Counted from the first letter of the stretch, positions 18,207-28,673 are shown. The stretch is DNA of 59,205 bases from an uncultured Dehalococcoidia bacterium (GCA_950072105.1 CATMOE010000015.1:1-59205), one strand, 5' to 3'. Numbers and translations: made by a program. The notes: a model not told the origin generated them from the letters alone.

Positions 18207-20788
18207 TACCCCAGCGTCTCAGCGTCAGGAACTTCCTGTGCTATCGAGAAGACGTGCCAACCCTGGATTTCCGGGGCATCCACGTCGCCTGCCTGTGCGG
18301 TCCCAACGGTCACGGCAAGTCGGCCCTACTGGATGCTATTACCTGGTGTTTGTGGGGCGAGGCCCGAGGAAAGACTCAGGACGACCTGATTTCCTACGGC
18401 GCCGACGAGTGCCGGGTAGAGCTGGAGTTCCTGGCCAGGGATACTTCTTACCGGGTGATTCGCAGCCGTTCCCGGGCCGGTGGCCGGCGCCGCCAAGGCG
18501 TGTCCGACTTGCAACTTCAAGTGCTGGGCGAAAACGGCGCGATAGCTATCACCGGAGACCACATTCGCGAAACCCAAGCCAAGATCGAGCAGACCGTCGG
18601 CATGGACTACGATACCTTCATCAACTCGGCGTTCTTGCTACAGGGCAGAGCCGCCGAGTTCACCGGCAAAACCCCCGCCGACCGCAAGGCAGTCCTGTCC
18701 AAGATCCTGGGATTGGAAGCCTACGACCGGATTCAAGAACGAGCGAAACAGAGGTTGGATGAAGGGAAATCTACCACTTCCGAGATCGAAGGATCATTGA
18801 GCCGCATGCGGTCTGACCTGGAAAACATCGGCGACCCAGCCATTGAGTTGGCGGAAGTTAAAGAACGGCTGAACAGAGTCAATCTTCAGACAGAAGAAAG
18901 CCGCGGACGAGTCGAGGGCCTTCGCGCGCAAGTGGGTGAGCTTGAATCCTTTCAGGAGCGTCTGGCGGAGTCAGGAAAGAACATCGCTGATATTCGAGGT
19001 GATATAGAGCAGCTAGAAGCGTCTATTTCGACAGGTCAGGGACGTGTCCGGGGGTATCTGGACCTTATCGAACAGGCGGATGCCATCAGGCAGGGGTTTG
19101 AGCGTCTGGCCTTGGCCCGCCATCGGTTCGATTCCTTGGAAGAGGCGCGCGGCCGATATGACCAGCTTGGCGAGAGCAAAAACCAGCTGCAAAGGTCCAT
19201 CGATAGCAGCCGGACGCTATTGGAAGCCAAGATCGCCCAGCTAATGCGCCGCGTGGAAGTGGAATTGCCTCCCAAAGCCGGCGCTGAGTCCGAGTTGTCC
19301 GGCCATCGTGAGCAGGTTCAGGAACGACTGGGTGGCCTTGACCGGGAAAAGGTTCAAGTCGCCGGACTGCGGGAACGTTTAACCGAGACATCAACTGCCA
19401 TCGGAGAAGCCCAAAGTACCTCGGAGCGTTACCGGTTGGAAGGCCAGGACCTGGCGGCCAAGCTGGAGTTCTTACAGCAAACCGGGGGAGAGGAAGCCGT
19501 TTGCCCCCTTTGCCAAACATCACTGGGACAGGATGGGTGCGACGCCCTTTCTCATGCCTACAACACCGACATCGAGGCTAAACGGGAGCTATACCGGCAA
19601 AACAGCCGGCGGTTGAAGCAGCTTGAAACTGAGAAGTCGGACACGGAAAAGGAATGGGGGCAACGGGATCAAGCCCTCACGCTAGCGCTGCGGGAGGGAC
19701 AGGCCAAGCTGCAGGAGCTTGAATCACGCATTCAAGAATCCCTTGAAGCCCAGAGGATGCTGGACGAAGATCGAAAGCAGATGACGGAGGCTCAATCCTC
19801 TCTGAATTCCGGCGAATTCGCCGCCGCTGAACGGTCGGAACTCAAGGCGATCGAAGATCAAATGGTTTCCTTGGGATACGATGAGGAAGCCCGCCAGCAA
19901 AGCTATGCCGAAACCCGGGAGCTGGCGCATTTCGAAGAGCGGAATGGGCAGTTGACTCAAGCCGAAGCCAACTTGCCTCCTGAGCAAGAGTCGCTAGCCC
20001 GCACCCAAGATATCCTCAACCGCCGCCGCGCCGACCTGGAACAGGCTCAGCAACGGCGTTTGGCCGACGAACAGGCCATTTCTGAACTCCCCAAGTTGCA
20101 AACAAGTCTCAAGGCCGCTGAATCAGATCTGGCCGAACTGGAATCCACTCGGCAGGCCACCACTGCCCGTCTCGGTTATCTTGACGGGGAGTTGCAACGG
20201 ATGCAGGGGCTCAAACGTGAGGTCAGCCGGGATTCGGCCCGTCTGGCGTTGCTGAAGGAAGACGAAGGGATCTACCAAGAACTGGTTACCGCTTTTGGCC
20301 GTCAAGGGATCCAAGCCATGCTGATCGAGACGGTGGTGCCCCGGTTGGAGGAAGAGGCCAACATTCTCTTGGGCCGTATGACCGACAATCGGATGCAGGT
20401 GAAGCTTGAGACCCAGCGGGAGCGCCGGAGCGGCCATGGCGACCCCATAGAAACCCTCGAGATCAACGTCAGCGACGAACTGGGACCGCGTAGCTACGAG
20501 ATGTACAGCGGCGGTGAGGCTTTCCGTATCAACCTGGCCCTTCGTATCGGCCTCTCCAAAGTCCTGGCCCAACGCATCGGCGCTCCTCTGCCCACATTAT
20601 TCATCGATGAGGGTTTCGGTTCTCAAGATGGCCCAGGCCGGGAGCGTATCCTGGACGTCATTTCAGCCATCGAAAAGGACTTCGAGAAGATAATTATCGT
20701 AACCCATCTGGAAGACATGAAGGACGTGTTCCCGGTTCGCATAGAAGTGCAGAAAGGGGACCAAGGCTCGACTTTCTGGATCAGTTAG
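18203..20788 (+). CDS. sbcC: SbcC/Rad50-like SMC-family ATPase
   Basis: GPNGHGKS, coiled coils with central CPLC zinc hook, YSGGE signature, LFIDEGFGSQD. Confidence 0.93.
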   Translation: MIPQRLSVRNFLCYREDVPTLDFRGIHVACLCGPNGHGKSALLDAITWCLWGEARGKTQDDLISYGADECRVELEFLARDTSYRVIRSRSRAGGRRRQGVSDLQLQVLGENGAIAITGDHIRETQAKIEQTVGMDYDTFINSAFLLQGRAAEFTGKTPADRKAVLSKILGLEAYDRIQERAKQRLDEGKSTTSEIEGSLSRMRSDLENIGDPAIELAEVKERLNRVNLQTEESRGRVEGLRAQVGELESFQERLAESGKNIADIRGDIEQLEASISTGQGRVRGYLDLIEQADAIRQGFERLALARHRFDSLEEARGRYDQLGESKNQLQRSIDSSRTLLEAKIAQLMRRVEVELPPKAGAESELSGHREQVQERLGGLDREKVQVAGLRERLTETSTAIGEAQSTSERYRLEGQDLAAKLEFLQQTGGEEAVCPLCQTSLGQDGCDALSHAYNTDIEAKRELYRQNSRRLKQLETEKSDTEKEWGQRDQALTLALREGQAKLQELESRIQESLEAQRMLDEDRKQMTEAQSSLNSGEFAAAERSELKAIEDQMVSLGYDEEARQQSYAETRELAHFEERNGQLTQAEANLPPEQESLARTQDILNRRRADLEQAQQRRLADEQAISELPKLQTSLKAAESDLAELESTRQATTARLGYLDGELQRMQGLKREVSRDSARLALLKEDEGIYQELVTAFGRQGIQAMLIETVVPRLEEEANILLGRMTDNRMQVKLETQRERRSGHGDPIETLEINVSDELGPRSYEMYSGGEAFRINLALRIGLSKVLAQRIGAPLPTLFIDEGFGSQDGPGRERILDVISAIEKDFEKIIIVTHLEDMKDVFPVRIEVQKGDQGSTFWIS

Positions 20789-20822
20789 TTCCAATCCCGA
20801 CCTCGAACTATTTGGGCAAAAG

Positions 20823-20859
20823 TCCCTTCCCCCTCGGACTGGGGAAGGTTAGGATGGGG
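20823..20859. repeat. REP-like palindromic element
   Basis: tcccttcccc-ctcggact-ggggaaggttaggatgggg, intergenic. Confidence 0.55.
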
Positions 20860-20953
20860 ATGGTCCCTTCCCGATCAGTACGACTTTCAAGATATATTCC
20901 TCTCATCTGAGTTAGGTCGACCCGAAGATCCCGAAGCTAGGAGCCCAACAGAT

Positions 20954-21427
20954 TTGAGTGACCCCAGACTAGAAATCGTTGTCCGCAACGCCACCCGAGA
21001 CGACCTGAACACGTTGGTGAAGTACAACGCAGCCATGGCCAAGGAGACCGAAGGTAAAACCCTGGACTTGGAACTACTCAGCAAAGGGGTCTCCGCAGTG
21101 CTTGACCGGGATAACTTGGGCTTCTACCTGATGGCGGAAGTGGATTGCCGTCCGGTGGGTCAGTTGATGATCACCACTGAGTGGAGCGATTGGCGCAACG
21201 GCTACTTCTGGTGGATCCAGAGCGTGTACGTCGACGCCGAATACAGGCGCCAAGGGGTCTACCGGGCTCTAGACAGCCACGTACACTCTGAGGCCAGACG
21301 GCGGGGGGATGTTTGCGGCATACGGCTATACGTGGAGCGGAACAACCACGTCGCACAACAGGTTTACTCCAGCTTGGACATGCACCGGTCCCACTATGAT
21401 CTGTTCGAGATTGACTTCGTTCTTTAG
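20954..21427 (+). CDS. GNAT acetyltransferase
   Basis: EWSDWRNG, IQSVYVDAEYRRQGVY, LYVERNN. Confidence 0.92.
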   Translation: MSDPRLEIVVRNATRDDLNTLVKYNAAMAKETEGKTLDLELLSKGVSAVLDRDNLGFYLMAEVDCRPVGQLMITTEWSDWRNGYFWWIQSVYVDAEYRRQGVYRALDSHVHSEARRRGDVCGIRLYVERNNHVAQQVYSSLDMHRSHYDLFEIDFVL

Positions 21428-21468
21428 GTGTTCGATCCTTGGCAGCCCAAATTCCAGGAGGACAGGAT

Positions 21469-21888
21469 ATGCTTCCGGACAAAGTAAAAGACTTCGCCGC
21501 CCAGACCCATCGAGGGGTGCTCACCACTTTCCGCCGCAACGGCGCCGCCCAGATGAGCATAATTAGCTGCGGCCCGTACCGCGACGGCATCGCTTTCACG
21601 GTTACAGAGAGTCGGGTAAAGCTGAGGAATCTGAGGCGGGACCCCCGGTGCACACTGATGGTGTCCGCGGAAAACTGGCGGCCCTTCGTGGTGTTAGAAG
21701 GCCGGGCAACGATACTGTCGGCTGACAACACAGACCCCGAAGAGTTCAAAACGGCTCTTAGGGACGCCTACCGCACCTGTTCGGGAGAGGAGCACTCCAA
21801 CTGGGAGGAGTACGACCAGGCCATGCGGGACGATCAGCGATCGGTAATTATCGTGGTCCCAGACCATGTTTACGGGACGGCCGCGTAG
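21469..21888 (+). CDS. PPOX-class (probably F420-dependent) oxidoreductase
   Basis: GVLTTFRRNGAAQMS, KLRNLRRDPRCTL, WEEYDQAM. Confidence 0.85.
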   Translation: MLPDKVKDFAAQTHRGVLTTFRRNGAAQMSIISCGPYRDGIAFTVTESRVKLRNLRRDPRCTLMVSAENWRPFVVLEGRATILSADNTDPEEFKTALRDAYRTCSGEEHSNWEEYDQAMRDDQRSVIIVVPDHVYGTAA

Positions 21889-21918
21889 GGGATTCAATCA
21901 GGTTTTAGACAGAAGCTA

Positions 21919-21944
21919 AGATCCTTCACTACGTTCAGGATGAC
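21919..21944. repeat. REP-like element arm
   Basis: agatccttcactacgttcaggatgac, similar to 38349..38375. Confidence 0.6.
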
Positions 21945-21989
21945 GTGGGTGGGTTGACGCCTTGTCGTCCGTTCCGAGTAAATCCTCCC

Positions 21990-22808
21990 CTATACCTGGC
22001 ACTTGGGGCAGTAGTATGTCCCCCTGGCACGGACCCGGGTGCCGGTGAAGGGGCCGCCGCAGCGGGGGCAGGGCGCGCCTTCGGTGCGGGGGTGGGTCCA
22101 GCCGGTTAGAGCGCGTGGTGGGTCAGGCCAGGATTCGTCGCGGGCGGTTTCGTACTTTGCTATAGAGGCAGAGAGGGCGTCGACGATGCACCGTTGCAGC
22201 CGGTCAATTTCTTCGCCGGTTAGACTGGATGCCGAACGGGTGGGGTTGATTCCCGCTAGGAACAGGGATTCGTCGGCGTACAGGTTGCCCATCCCGGCGA
22301 CTATGGACTGCTCCAACAGCAAGGCTTTGATGGGGGCCTTACGTCCCTGCAATGATTGGGCCAGCACTTGCGGCGTGAGCCCGCCTTCCAACGGCTCCGG
22401 GCTGAGGGGAGGCAGCACCTCGCTGGGATCCGAAACTAGCCAGATCTTGCCGAACTTGCGGCCGTCCTCGAACCGTAACTCCCTTCCGTCGTCCAAGGAG
22501 AAGGTGTGGCGCACCAGGGGGTGCATGGGATTCGTGCTGGGTTGAACAGATAGACCGCCGCTCATGCCCAGGTGGAGGATCAGGGTCCGCGCTTCTGATT
22601 CGTCGTTTACCAATGGGAGGAGAATGTACTTGCCCCGGCGATGCACTTCCTGCACCACTCCGCCACGCAGACCCAGGACAAATTCTTCCAGGTCTGGGGT
22701 TTTGACGCTTTTAGCCCAGCCGATATCGGCTTTGGTGAAAGCGCGTCCCGGCAACTCTGCTTTTATCAAGCAACGCCGGGCATTTTCAACCTCGGGAAGT
22801 TCGGGCAT
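21990..22808 (-). CDS. mutM: Formamidopyrimidine-DNA glycosylase
   Basis: MPELPEVE, RRGKY, HLGMSG, GMGNLYADE, C4 zinc finger. Confidence 0.95.
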   Translation of the reverse strand: MPELPEVENARRCLIKAELPGRAFTKADIGWAKSVKTPDLEEFVLGLRGGVVQEVHRRGKYILLPLVNDESEARTLILHLGMSGGLSVQPSTNPMHPLVRHTFSLDDGRELRFEDGRKFGKIWLVSDPSEVLPPLSPEPLEGGLTPQVLAQSLQGRKAPIKALLLEQSIVAGMGNLYADESLFLAGINPTRSASSLTGEEIDRLQRCIVDALSASIAKYETARDESWPDPPRALTGWTHPRTEGAPCPRCGGPFTGTRVRARGTYYCPKCQV

Positions 22809-22819
22809 GCTTGGCCGCG

Positions 22820-25800
22820 CTAAACGCGCCTGACTCCCAGGGTCACTTCCATCCCGTCAACGTCGGACGTTTCGCTCTCGGACCCATCTTGCGCTAACCC
22901 GGCGACCAGTTCTTCGCTGAGGGTTTCCTGGCGGATGTAGCCGGAAAAATTGCCGGTCATGACGCTGGCGATATCATCGGGCGCTTGGTAATAGGTGACG
23001 ATGCGGTCGGTCAACTCAAACTCCGATGAGCGGCGCAGGTTCTGGATGCGATGGACCAACTCCCGGGCCAGGCCTTCCTCGGCCAGTTCCGGGGTAACCT
23101 CGGTTTCCATGGCGACGACGTAAGGCCCCTCTTCGACCACGGAAAAACCGTCCGGCGGCACCCGGGTCAAACTTACTTCATCTGGTTCTAATTGGATCGG
23201 TGGACTCCCGTCGCCTTGACTTCGAAGACCTATCGGCTGACCGATGCTTACTTGCATCGCCACGTCTCGCGGGACCAGATCAGCCAACGCCGTGACCACA
23301 TGCCGCGAGCTCGCACCGTACTTGGGGCCGACCAACGCCATGTTAGCTGTTACATTCCAATCCCAGAACTCAACTTCATTGGAACTTCCCGTTACATAAG
23401 TCAGAACGTGCTTTACGTTCAATTCTTCAAGAAGTTGATCCGAAAGATTCCTAACTTGGCTCTCCTCGATATCGTTCCTGACGACAACCCTCAGGGCATT
23501 GAGCGGCTGGCGCACCTTGAGCCCCGCTTTGGAACGAGCGCTGCGACCCATGCTGGCGATGCGCATGGCCAGTTGGGTGGCGTCGTTCAGTGGTTGGTCG
23601 ATGAGGGACCTGTCGGCCACGGGGAAGATAGCCAGGTGTACGCTGTCGGGCGCGGCGGAGTCTACTGAACAGACCAGGTTCTGATATATCTCCTCGGAAA
23701 CAAATGGGGCTAAGGGCGCCATCAGCTTGGCCACGGTCACTAGGCACCGATGCAATGTGACGTAGCCGGACTGTTTGTCCACGTCGTTCTCGCTCTTCCA
23801 GAAGCGGCGCCGGCTGCGGCGCACGTACCAGTTGGATAGTTGGTCGATGAACTCTTGCAATCGGCGGCCGGCGTTGGTGGGGTCGTATGAGTCCAGGTAG
23901 CCGTCCACCTGTTCGATCAAGGTGTTCAACTCGGAAAGTATCCACCGGTCCAACTCGTTCTCCGGCTTCCAATCCGCCGGGGTTTGCTGCGGGTCGAATC
24001 CATCTATAGAAGCGTAGTTGGTGAAGAAGGAATACACGTTCCACAGTGTCAGCATCACCCGGCGCACGGTCTCGTTTACCAGCCTGGCGGAGAATCGGCG
24101 AGGCTCACCGGGTTGAGACGCAGTGAACAGGTACCAGCGCAGGGCGTCGGCCCCATGCTCGTCCAGCACCGGTATGGGTTCCACCACGTTGCCTATTCGC
24201 TTGCTCATCTTGTGGCCCTGCTCGTCCAGGATCAGGCCCAGGCAGATGACGTTTTTGTAGGATGGCTGTCCCTTCAGCAAGGTGGATAGAGCGTGCAGGC
24301 TGTAGAACCAGCCCCGGGTCTGGTCCACAGCCTCGCAGATGTAATCGGCGGGGAATTTCCCCTCCTCCTGAAGCTTGTCCACATCGTCGATGTCCAGAGT
24401 GTGCCACTGGGCGAATGGCATCGCTCCCGAGTCGAACCAGGCGTCCATAACCTCGGGGATGCGGCGCATCTGGCCGTTGCAGCCATCGGCGGGGCATTCC
24501 AGCAGGATATCGTCTATGTAGGGACGGTGCAGGTCCAATGTGTCCAGCTTCTCCCGGTCGCCTGGCGTGGCGTGGTCCTGGAGATCCTTAACGCTTCCGA
24601 TGCACAGAGATTCGGTACATTCCTGGCATTGCCAGATGGGGATGGGCGTTCCCCAATACCTTTCCCTGGAGATGGCCCAGTCCACGTTGTTGCGCAGCCA
24701 CTCGCCGAACCGGCCCTCTTTGATGTAGTCGGGATACCAGTTGATGGAGCTGTTGCCTGAGACCAGTTGGTCCTTCAAGGCCGAGGTGCGGATGTACCAG
24801 GAGTTCTTGGCGTAGTAGAGCAGCGGGGTGTCGCAACGCCAGCAGAAGGGATAGGTGTGGCGGTAGATGCCCCGGTGGAACAGTAGACCCCGGTCCCTCA
24901 GGTCGTTCATGATGTCCCGGTCGGCGTCTTTCACGAACTTGCCGGAGAAGGGATAATTGCCGGTGACGTTGCCCTGAAGGTCCACGGGTTGGACGAAGGC
25001 CAACTCCTTCTCCCGCCCCAGTCCCAAGTCCTCGTCGCCGAAGGCCGGGGCGATGTGGACGATGCCAGTGCCGTCTTCCATGGACACGAAATCGGCGGCT
25101 ACCACACGCGGATTTAACTTGGAGGCGGTAGATAGCTCCGTGATGGTCGTGCCGTTTACGGACTCCCGGCGGACGAACTGTTGAATCTCTGTTCCGAAGT
25201 CCGCCGGTTGGTAAAGCGGTTGGTAGGTGGCACCCACCAAGTCAGCCCCCTTCAATGTGGCCACCACTGTATGGTCTTGTTTGATGTTGGCATCCAGCAA
25301 GGCGGTGGCCAGCACTAGGCGTTCCTTAACGCCCTCCTCGTCGTCTATTTCGACGACCGAGTATTCGGCGGCCTCGTTCACGGCGAGAGCAGTGTTACCG
25401 GGCAGGGTCCAGGGCGTGGTGGTCCAGGCAAGGAGGTAGGTGGAAATCCCCCCCGGCCCCCCTTTACCAAAGGGGGGAGAATCACTAGCTTCCCCGCCTT
25501 GGGAGGTGGCATCATTACTTTCCTCCCCCCCTTGCGAAGGGGGGGATTGAGGGGGGGTCTCCATGCGGAATTTTATGAACACTGAGGGGTCGAGGGTGTC
25601 TTCCCTGTATCCTAGGGCGACTTCGTGAGAGCTGAGACTGGTTACGCAACGGGGGCAGTGGGGGGTTCCCCGCATGTCCCGGTATAGCAGTCCCTTGTCC
25701 CAAAGCTCTTTGAGTATCCACCAACCCGACTCGATGTACTCGTTCTCAAGGGTTACGTAGGGGTGGTCCATGTCCACCCAATAGCCGATGCGGTCGGTCA

Positions 25801-26200
25801 TCGTCTCCCACTCTTTCAAGTAGTGGAACACGCTCTCCCGGCACTTCTGGTTGAATTTTTCTATGCCGTACTCTTCGATGTCCCGTTTGGTGGCCAGGCC
25901 CAGGGACTTCTCGACCTCCAATTCAACCGCAAGGCCGTGGGTGTCCCAGCCGCCTTTCCGCATCACTCGGTACCCCTTCATCGTGCGGTACCGGCAGATG
26001 ACGTCCTTGAATACTCGGGCCAGGACGTGATGGATGCCGGGGCTGCCGTTGGCCGTGGGCGGCCCTTCAAAAAGCATGAACAAGGGGGAGTCCTTCCGTT
26101 CCGTCTCGGTCCGGTGGAACACGTCCCTGTCGTTCCAATGATTCAGGATACCGGCGTCGACTTCGGGGAAGCTGACGCGGCTGGAGACCGGCTTGAACAT
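22820..26200 (-). CDS. ileS: Isoleucyl-tRNA synthetase, type 2
   Basis: EGPPTANG, GWDTHGL, WTTTPWTLPGN, WAISRERYWGTP, DQTRGWFY, KMSKR, type-2 C-terminus EGLARELVHRIQNLRR. Confidence 0.98.
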   Translation of the reverse strand: MFKPVSSRVSFPEVDAGILNHWNDRDVFHRTETERKDSPLFMLFEGPPTANGSPGIHHVLARVFKDVICRYRTMKGYRVMRKGGWDTHGLAVELEVEKSLGLATKRDIEEYGIEKFNQKCRESVFHYLKEWETMTDRIGYWVDMDHPYVTLENEYIESGWWILKELWDKGLLYRDMRGTPHCPRCVTSLSSHEVALGYREDTLDPSVFIKFRMETPPQSPPSQGGEESNDATSQGGEASDSPPFGKGGPGGISTYLLAWTTTPWTLPGNTALAVNEAAEYSVVEIDDEEGVKERLVLATALLDANIKQDHTVVATLKGADLVGATYQPLYQPADFGTEIQQFVRRESVNGTTITELSTASKLNPRVVAADFVSMEDGTGIVHIAPAFGDEDLGLGREKELAFVQPVDLQGNVTGNYPFSGKFVKDADRDIMNDLRDRGLLFHRGIYRHTYPFCWRCDTPLLYYAKNSWYIRTSALKDQLVSGNSSINWYPDYIKEGRFGEWLRNNVDWAISRERYWGTPIPIWQCQECTESLCIGSVKDLQDHATPGDREKLDTLDLHRPYIDDILLECPADGCNGQMRRIPEVMDAWFDSGAMPFAQWHTLDIDDVDKLQEEGKFPADYICEAVDQTRGWFYSLHALSTLLKGQPSYKNVICLGLILDEQGHKMSKRIGNVVEPIPVLDEHGADALRWYLFTASQPGEPRRFSARLVNETVRRVMLTLWNVYSFFTNYASIDGFDPQQTPADWKPENELDRWILSELNTLIEQVDGYLDSYDPTNAGRRLQEFIDQLSNWYVRRSRRRFWKSENDVDKQSGYVTLHRCLVTVAKLMAPLAPFVSEEIYQNLVCSVDSAAPDSVHLAIFPVADRSLIDQPLNDATQLAMRIASMGRSARSKAGLKVRQPLNALRVVVRNDIEESQVRNLSDQLLEELNVKHVLTYVTGSSNEVEFWDWNVTANMALVGPKYGASSRHVVTALADLVPRDVAMQVSIGQPIGLRSQGDGSPPIQLEPDEVSLTRVPPDGFSVVEEGPYVVAMETEVTPELAEEGLARELVHRIQNLRRSSEFELTDRIVTYYQAPDDIASVMTGNFSGYIRQETLSEELVAGLAQDGSESETSDVDGMEVTLGVRRV
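25445..25560. repeat. G/C-run palindromic element inserted in-frame in ileS
   Basis: ccccccttgcgaagggggg and ccccctttaccaaagggggg hairpins encode TPPQSPPSQGGE...SPPFGKGGPGGI. Confidence 0.8.
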
Positions 26201-26314
26201 TATTGGTTAACCTCGGGAGTTTGACACGGTATAGGTTGTGGATTGCTATTATAGCGTGATTCGGACCGATTAGCAGGCCAACCACGTCCTGGTAGGGGCA
26301 CGTATGAGACAATT

Positions 26315-27640
26315 TTGGTTCTCGCCGGTAGCTGGGCGGCTTTAGTGACCGGCATCATCACCGTGGGGTGGTTGTTGGATTCGGGGATGGATGCCAACCC
26401 GGCGTTCAAGGTACGCCTCAGTCAATGGCTGCGGCAGAACGTTGCGAAAGAGCCGAAGGCCTGGCTGCATTCAGCCAATCAGACATTTCTACAATGGTTC
26501 GACAAAATATACAGTGGTAGCTCTTCACGCCTGGAATTGGCTGTATGGATTGGGCTGTTTCTCTCACCGGTAACTTTGGCTTTCCAACGCGTAGGTTTTG
26601 GGATTGGAAGTCTACAAGCAGCAGAATTGCTAATCGTTGCGATCCTCGTTGCTTTCGCCTATGCGGCAATCGCGTTCGGGGCCATCGTCACGGACAATAT
26701 CGGCGCGGTTTTCGCGTGCATCTTCGGCGTCATCGTCGGCGGGATTTTCGCTGGCCTGTTCGGCGTCTCTGGAGGCGCCGTAGGAGGCGTAATCTTTGGC
26801 GTAATCTTCTCGGGCGTTTTCGGCGTCGGCGGCTTTATCGGCGGTGCCATCATCGAAATGGGCATCCGAGATCAGACGAACCGTTGGGCGATTACGGGGC
26901 TGGTCCTCGGCCTTATAATCGGTGGCATTTTCGGGGCCGTCGGAGGTGCCATCATTGTCGGCGGAATCGACGCTGGCATCGTCGGCACCGTCATCTTCGG
27001 AAGTATCTTCGGGGGTATTTTCGGCGGGATCGTAGCTGTCTTCGGTGTAGACGAACTCGGTGACAGGGAGTCGACAGGCGGAATAAACCCTTTGAAGGCG
27101 ATGCTGTGGTCGGAAGCATTCCTATGCGTAATTGGGTGTCTAGTGCAGGATACAGGGCGGTCTTTCGTAAACGCTATCTATGCAGACCCAAAAGTGCTCG
27201 CTTTTGTGGCATTCAACGTTTTCGCCGACGGCGTTTCGTTGTTGGAAACCCGCTGGGTGCTCCAACGGGGCGCCACTGGAAGCCTTAAAGTTTTAGCCGG
27301 TTTGGTGGTTCTTGACCTGGTGGCGTCCGGCCTCATTTACCTCATCCTGCCAACGATACTATGGCCCCAGCTTCTTGAGTTCTGGGACGCCGTTAGATTT
27401 CAGGGCGAGCGTCCGTGGCTGGGGATACTGTTCTGGACAACCTTCTCCACCTCGGTCCTGTTCTATCTGTTCGTGGCTGCGGCGCTGATGGTGAGGCCCC
27501 TAGCCTGGGGATTTAGCTGGTTTGGCTGGCTCTCTCGTCCCTTTGATTTGGAAGCACATCCTGTTAAGTGTCTGGCTGTGGCCATGGCTTTAGTCGTCAC
27601 GGTGTTGTTTTCGGTGGTAGGAATTATTCAGTTTGTGTAG
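26315..27640 (+). CDS. Gly-rich multi-pass membrane protein of unknown function
   Basis: Many hydrophobic segments with repeated G-x-I-F-G units; start uncertain. Confidence 0.75.
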   Translation: MVLAGSWAALVTGIITVGWLLDSGMDANPAFKVRLSQWLRQNVAKEPKAWLHSANQTFLQWFDKIYSGSSSRLELAVWIGLFLSPVTLAFQRVGFGIGSLQAAELLIVAILVAFAYAAIAFGAIVTDNIGAVFACIFGVIVGGIFAGLFGVSGGAVGGVIFGVIFSGVFGVGGFIGGAIIEMGIRDQTNRWAITGLVLGLIIGGIFGAVGGAIIVGGIDAGIVGTVIFGSIFGGIFGGIVAVFGVDELGDRESTGGINPLKAMLWSEAFLCVIGCLVQDTGRSFVNAIYADPKVLAFVAFNVFADGVSLLETRWVLQRGATGSLKVLAGLVVLDLVASGLIYLILPTILWPQLLEFWDAVRFQGERPWLGILFWTTFSTSVLFYLFVAAALMVRPLAWGFSWFGWLSRPFDLEAHPVKCLAVAMALVVTVLFSVVGIIQFV

Positions 27641-27667
27641 ATCTAGAGACCGGAGGCGGAGTTAAAC

Positions 27668-28673
27668 ATGGCACAGTCTCACATCATCCCGGTGGAAGTG
27701 GATGAAGTTCGTGTGACTACGGTGGTGGACGGTGTTATTGATGTGTTGATGGCCGGGACTGAAGTGGCCGAGCGGTATATGTTGGGGCCGAAGTGGTTGC
27801 CGGTTGTCGGTGCCAGCCCTAATCCCCTGGGGAGTATGCACCTGGTGGCCGAGCATGGGTTCTCAGCGCTGATAAAGGTGAACCGGGGCGGGTCAACCAG
27901 CACGGCCCTGTTCGACACTGGGGTCAGCCAGTCGGGCCTGCTGAACAACCTGGACGCTTTGGAGATCAAAGCGCACGATCTTCAGGCTATCATCCTGAGC
28001 CATGGTCATGCCGATCACTCCCTGGGCCTGCCCGGATTGGTGCAGCGGCTGGGGGCTAGAAACCTGCCGCTGGTCCTCCACCCGGATGCGTACTTGGACC
28101 GCAAAATTGTGTTGCCAGACGGCCATGAGCTCCAGGTGCCTGCTCCCCGGAAATCGGATTTCCAACGGGACTACACGGGACTACATAGAGGTTATCGAGG
28201 AGACCGGCCCGTCCATGTTGGTTGACGGAGGAATCCTGGTCTCCGGTGAGGTTGCCCGGAGGACCGAGTTCGAAACGGGGTTCGCGAATCATTACGCCAA
28301 CCGTGGCGGCAACTGGGAACCTGATCCGTTGATCATGGACGATCAATGCGCCATCATGAATCTGCGAGGACAAGGACTGGTGGTTATCACGGGCTGCGGC
28401 CATGCGGGGATCATTAACATAATACGAAACGCTCAGGCGCTGACCGGCATACAGACAATACATGCGGTGACCGGGGGATTCCACCTGACCGGCGGCCTGT
28501 TCGAGCCAATCATTCCCGCCACCGTTTCCGCTCTGCAAGAGATCGGACCCCGGTACATAGTGCCCGGCCATTGTACCGGTTGGGCGGCTACTCACCGGAT
28601 CGCTCAGGCGATGCCGGATGCCTTCATTCAGCACAGCGTCGGCACTGAGTTTGTATTCAGGGCGGCCGGTTAA
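27668..28673 (+). pseudogene. MBL-fold hydrolase (7,8-dihydropterin-6-methyl-aminobenzene synthase-like), frameshifted
   Basis: AEHGFS, LFDTG, SHGHADH in frame 1; DDQ, TGCGHAGI, GGFHL, PGHCTG in frame 2; 10-bp tandem duplication acgggactac at 28165-28184. Confidence 0.85.

Noticed and set aside
26201..26314. T-box leader for ileS
   Set aside because: The region is too short and has no recognisable T-box consensus or terminator.
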